Source: Squalus acanthias | Lineage: Eukaryota | DNA: 64,000 nt | Direction of reading: 5' to 3' | Assembly: GCA_030390025.1 (NCBI GenBank) | Contig: CM059432.1 | Coordinates: 50,842,001-50,906,000, forward strand | Shown here: in pieces, positions 60,887 to 64,000 of the stretch | Layout of the letters: every line of letters starts with the position of its first letter | How positions within the stretch are numbered: position 1 is the stretch's first letter | Notes under the pieces: generated by a model | Seen by the model: only the letters and a program-made list of their open reading frames with translations | What the model was told of the DNA's origin: nothing | The model's database searches: none | Program-made: the position numbers and the translations under genes

Positions 60887-61489
60887 AAGCTCAACTATTA
60901 TTCTGTTTCACTTTTTGCTCTGGAGAAATGCAGAAAAGTACAACTTTTAATATTTCTTTGAAAGTAGGAAATCATCAAAATGCTAATTTATTTAAACAAA
61001 TGCGTGCTTTTTTCTAAAAAGAAGATTCTGAAAAACAAAGTGGGCAGAGTGCTTGAGCACAGATTAGCAGCATTAATACTACACACTCCTGATCTCATCT
61101 GGAGAGGAGAGGGGCTGAACAAAGGAAAGATGCATCTTTACAGGGCGGTAGGGTCAATTAGAGAGGTCAGTCAAGCCACTCTTCGAACAGCATTAGCACA
61201 TACCAAAGAACAGATCACATACCAGTTACCTCAGCGAGGTGATAGTGCATGGCACAGGGAAATCTAAACATGCAAGAAGGAAAGATTACCTCCAGACAAG
61301 GATGTAAAGGAAACTAAACAGAAAGTTGAAAAGTTTATCTGTTCTTTCACTAGTAACTCATGAGGCATTATTACTGTACAGCAACTCTGAGAAAATTACT
61401 TATTTCCCTTTTCTTCAAACAATTTATTTCCGAGAACTTTTTTTTGGTTCTTTTATTTTTCACAAAAAGTTACAAGTCCTATGAACTTA

Positions 61490-62830
61490 TGAAAATACAA
61501 AAAAGGACGAGAAAAAACAACAACTGATTCATCCTGTCCCATCCAAATATGTTGCAGCCCATGAGCACCATCAACTCCTCACCCCACCTCCCAGTTATTC
61601 AATGTCCTGGGAGAGGCAACAAAACAGAGAAAAAACCTTAAATCAACTTTGGCAGAACTCTGCGGAATTCCTCTTCGGCCCCTGAAGTGCAATCAGCCAA
61701 GGTCCAGGAGACTGCAGTAACTGATACATTAGTCACTGCTGGCCCCACTTATCTTCTATAACTGGAGATGTCTTTTACTTGCAAGAACTCTTCCAGCTTT
61801 CTTTTGAGGGCCTGAAGCAAATCCATACTCACCACACATTCTGGCAATCTATTGCAGAGGTCGATAACTCTCTGTGAAAGGTATTCTTTGGCATATAACC
61901 TAGGTCAATGTTTTACTATTTTGATTGATGCCTCCTAGTCCTCTCCTCCCTATCCAGCTTAAATAGGTATCGATATGAACAGAATCTATTCCCCATATCA
62001 TTTAAAAGACCTTAATCATATCGCCTAGAAGTCTATGTTTCTCTTTTGAAAAAAGCCCCAGTCACCTCAGCCTATCCAGATACTAAGAACTCTGAGAGTT
62101 GATATAATTCTAGTGGCCCTCCTCTGGAGCTTCTCAAGGGCCTTGCTATCTCCTACCATGTTAGGGAACCAAAACTTGTTGCAGTGTTCTAGATGTGGCC
62201 GTACCAATGTCTTGTATAGGTTAAATATTGTATTTAACTGTCCTAGCGATACATCCTAACTCCCTATTCGTTTTCCTTACAGTTTCATGGCACTGGTCAT
62301 GAACAATGTCCTTCAGGTCCCTCTACTGCTCCACAGCATTAAGATGGTGACCTTGCATTCTATACAGATGCCTGGAATTACCATGATCCAAATGCATCAT
62401 TGCTGGGTTTATCCATATTGAAGGATACCTGCCACATCCAGGGCCTGGATTCCAGGCCCATCTCCCCAATGTATCTAAATCAGCCTGCAGTTTTTCTAAA
62501 CTTCTAACTTCTGCACATGTTTTAGTATCGTGAGCAAACTTAAGGATGGTGCTCCTGATGCTTTCATCCAAATGATTGATAAAGACTGTGAAGAACAGTG
62601 GTCCCAATACGAATCCCTGCAGGGCTCCACCAGTCACTAGACTACACACAGAGCTGCTACCATTAATAACCATCCTCTGCCTATGTGAATGCAACCAAGT
62701 CACAATAGAGCTTAACATTTAACCACCAATCCACAGGATGCAATCTTATTTAATAGCTACATGTGCAACACTTTATCAAAGGTCTTTCGAAAATCAAGAT
62801 ACGCAGGCTGGGATTATTCTCCATTATGCC
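61490..62830 (-). mobile_element. Old CR1 LINE RT fragment
   Basis: ORF 62323..62718 GALQGFVLGPLFFTVFINHL...KFAHDTK; LVRPHLE-like at ~62200. Confidence 0.85.
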
Positions 62831-63014
62831 TAAAAAATAATGGTAAATGTGGGTGGTGAGGCCTAATGCCACCTCAGCAACCTGATCAGGATTTCTCTCC
62901 CCCCACCCATGCCAAGTCCACTGCTAGCCTCTCCTTCCCTACAAAACCCACTTTATTACTTAGAAATGACAACATGGAAACCAGCAGTTTGGTCCAATTA
63001 GTCCGTGTTCGTGT

Positions 63015-64000
63015 TGTAGGTGGTTTGCCTTGGTGGTTCGAATCACCTCTCCTACTTAGTTCTATACGACAGGAATTACGGTGAACAGGATTGGAACACA
63101 GACAAGCTTTTCGGACTCAACCGTACGGTGTTTAATAAGGTTAACACACACACCCGCCTCCAGTACGCAAAATGCCTGGTGGCGTAAAACAAACAGAACA
63201 ACAATACAACTTGGCCCGTCGAACAGGCCCCTGTCTCGTATTAAGACGTCTAAAATCACACTGTGTTGCTATACAGAGTATAACATGGACTTGTCCCACA
63301 AACCCCGGAACATACACTGTATAATACACACAGAACCTCCCCACTAAGCCCCTCTGGATTGGTTGGGACACACAACACCCCCTCACACAGTACCGGTGGT
63401 CTTAGGGATGCGTGGGCTTGGACAATGCTCACCCCGATTGTCCGTTTTCTTGCTCGCTGCTCCCCTGTGTAGAACGTGTCTCCTGGTTCCGTATCGCCGA
63501 TGCAGTATCCAAGTCCCAGTTTCGAGGTTCGTTCCTACAGTCGAAGAGCAAGGCGAGGCTCTTGTCGCTTGTGGTGGTTTCTTCTCTCCATCTCGGATGG
63601 AGTGCTCAGTTCTTGGTTCAGAGAATAAGGGCACACGAAGTCGAGAGCAAGCGAGAGAGAGAGAGAGAATGGCCAAAGCTGCCTTCTCTGTATACCCTAA
63701 AAGTTAATTCCAGGTCTGTGTATTGCAGTGATGTCTTTTAAATCACCCTTCTTTGTCTGGTTCCCACCTTTTCGAGTCTGGGCCTTCCCCCAACTCTTGT
63801 ATTCCAATACACACCCAGTAATCCAAACCACAGGACATGTACAGGGCTGGGGGATGGAAGACAATTCCTTATCTTGTCTCCCCCTCCCTGTGGTACATAT
63901 TTGATGTGATTTAGTCTTACTGCTGATGTGTTTTGCCCAAGGTTAAAGTGTTTACCATTGAGGCCAGGAAGTTCATTGTTCCAGCGAAACTGGCATCATG
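63015..64000 (-). mobile_element. Probable LTR in reverse orientation, running off the window
   Basis: TGTAGG terminus; GGTTCGAATC motif shared with the 3' end of the 29230-31041 LTR; reverse ATTAAA at 63131-36; CpG-rich unique sequence. Confidence 0.5.

Noticed and set aside
1..64000. Uni-strand piRNA-cluster-like transposon trap
   Set aside because: Insertions occur on both strands without a clear bias; such density may be ordinary for this kind of genome and cannot be judged without small-RNA data

Overview
Eukaryotic DNA that is dominated by transposon-derived sequence. The repeat families (CR1 LINEs with (TTCTTATG)n tails, a tRNA-headed Deu-type SINE, L2, RTE, Penelope, many PIF/Harbinger elements) point to a cartilaginous fish, probably a shark; this is an inference. 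No intact host protein-coding gene is recognisable. Nearly all listed ORFs are broken transposon frames or antisense shadows, and only a few weak splice-bounded exon candidates remain. Main components: (i) a near-complete two-gene PIF/Harbinger transposon (3-exon Myb/SANT gene convergent with a DDE transposase, 11132-~15928), plus a deletion derivative, older relics and many MITEs with 3-bp target-site duplications (TSDs); (ii) two CR1-clade LINE families, L2 fragments and a near full-length RTE; (iii) a 5'-truncated Penelope element (RT + GIY-YIG); (iv) a 1.8-kb solo LTR with a 4-bp TSD. The most notable signal is a set of minimal type-I hammerhead ribozyme motifs from two sequence families. 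One sits at the Penelope end. The others lie in tiny (~85-275 bp) insertions, two or three of them TSD-flanked, and the family-1 plus-strand copies begin right at the ribozyme. All calls were made by eye without database searches, so boundaries of degraded elements are approximate.
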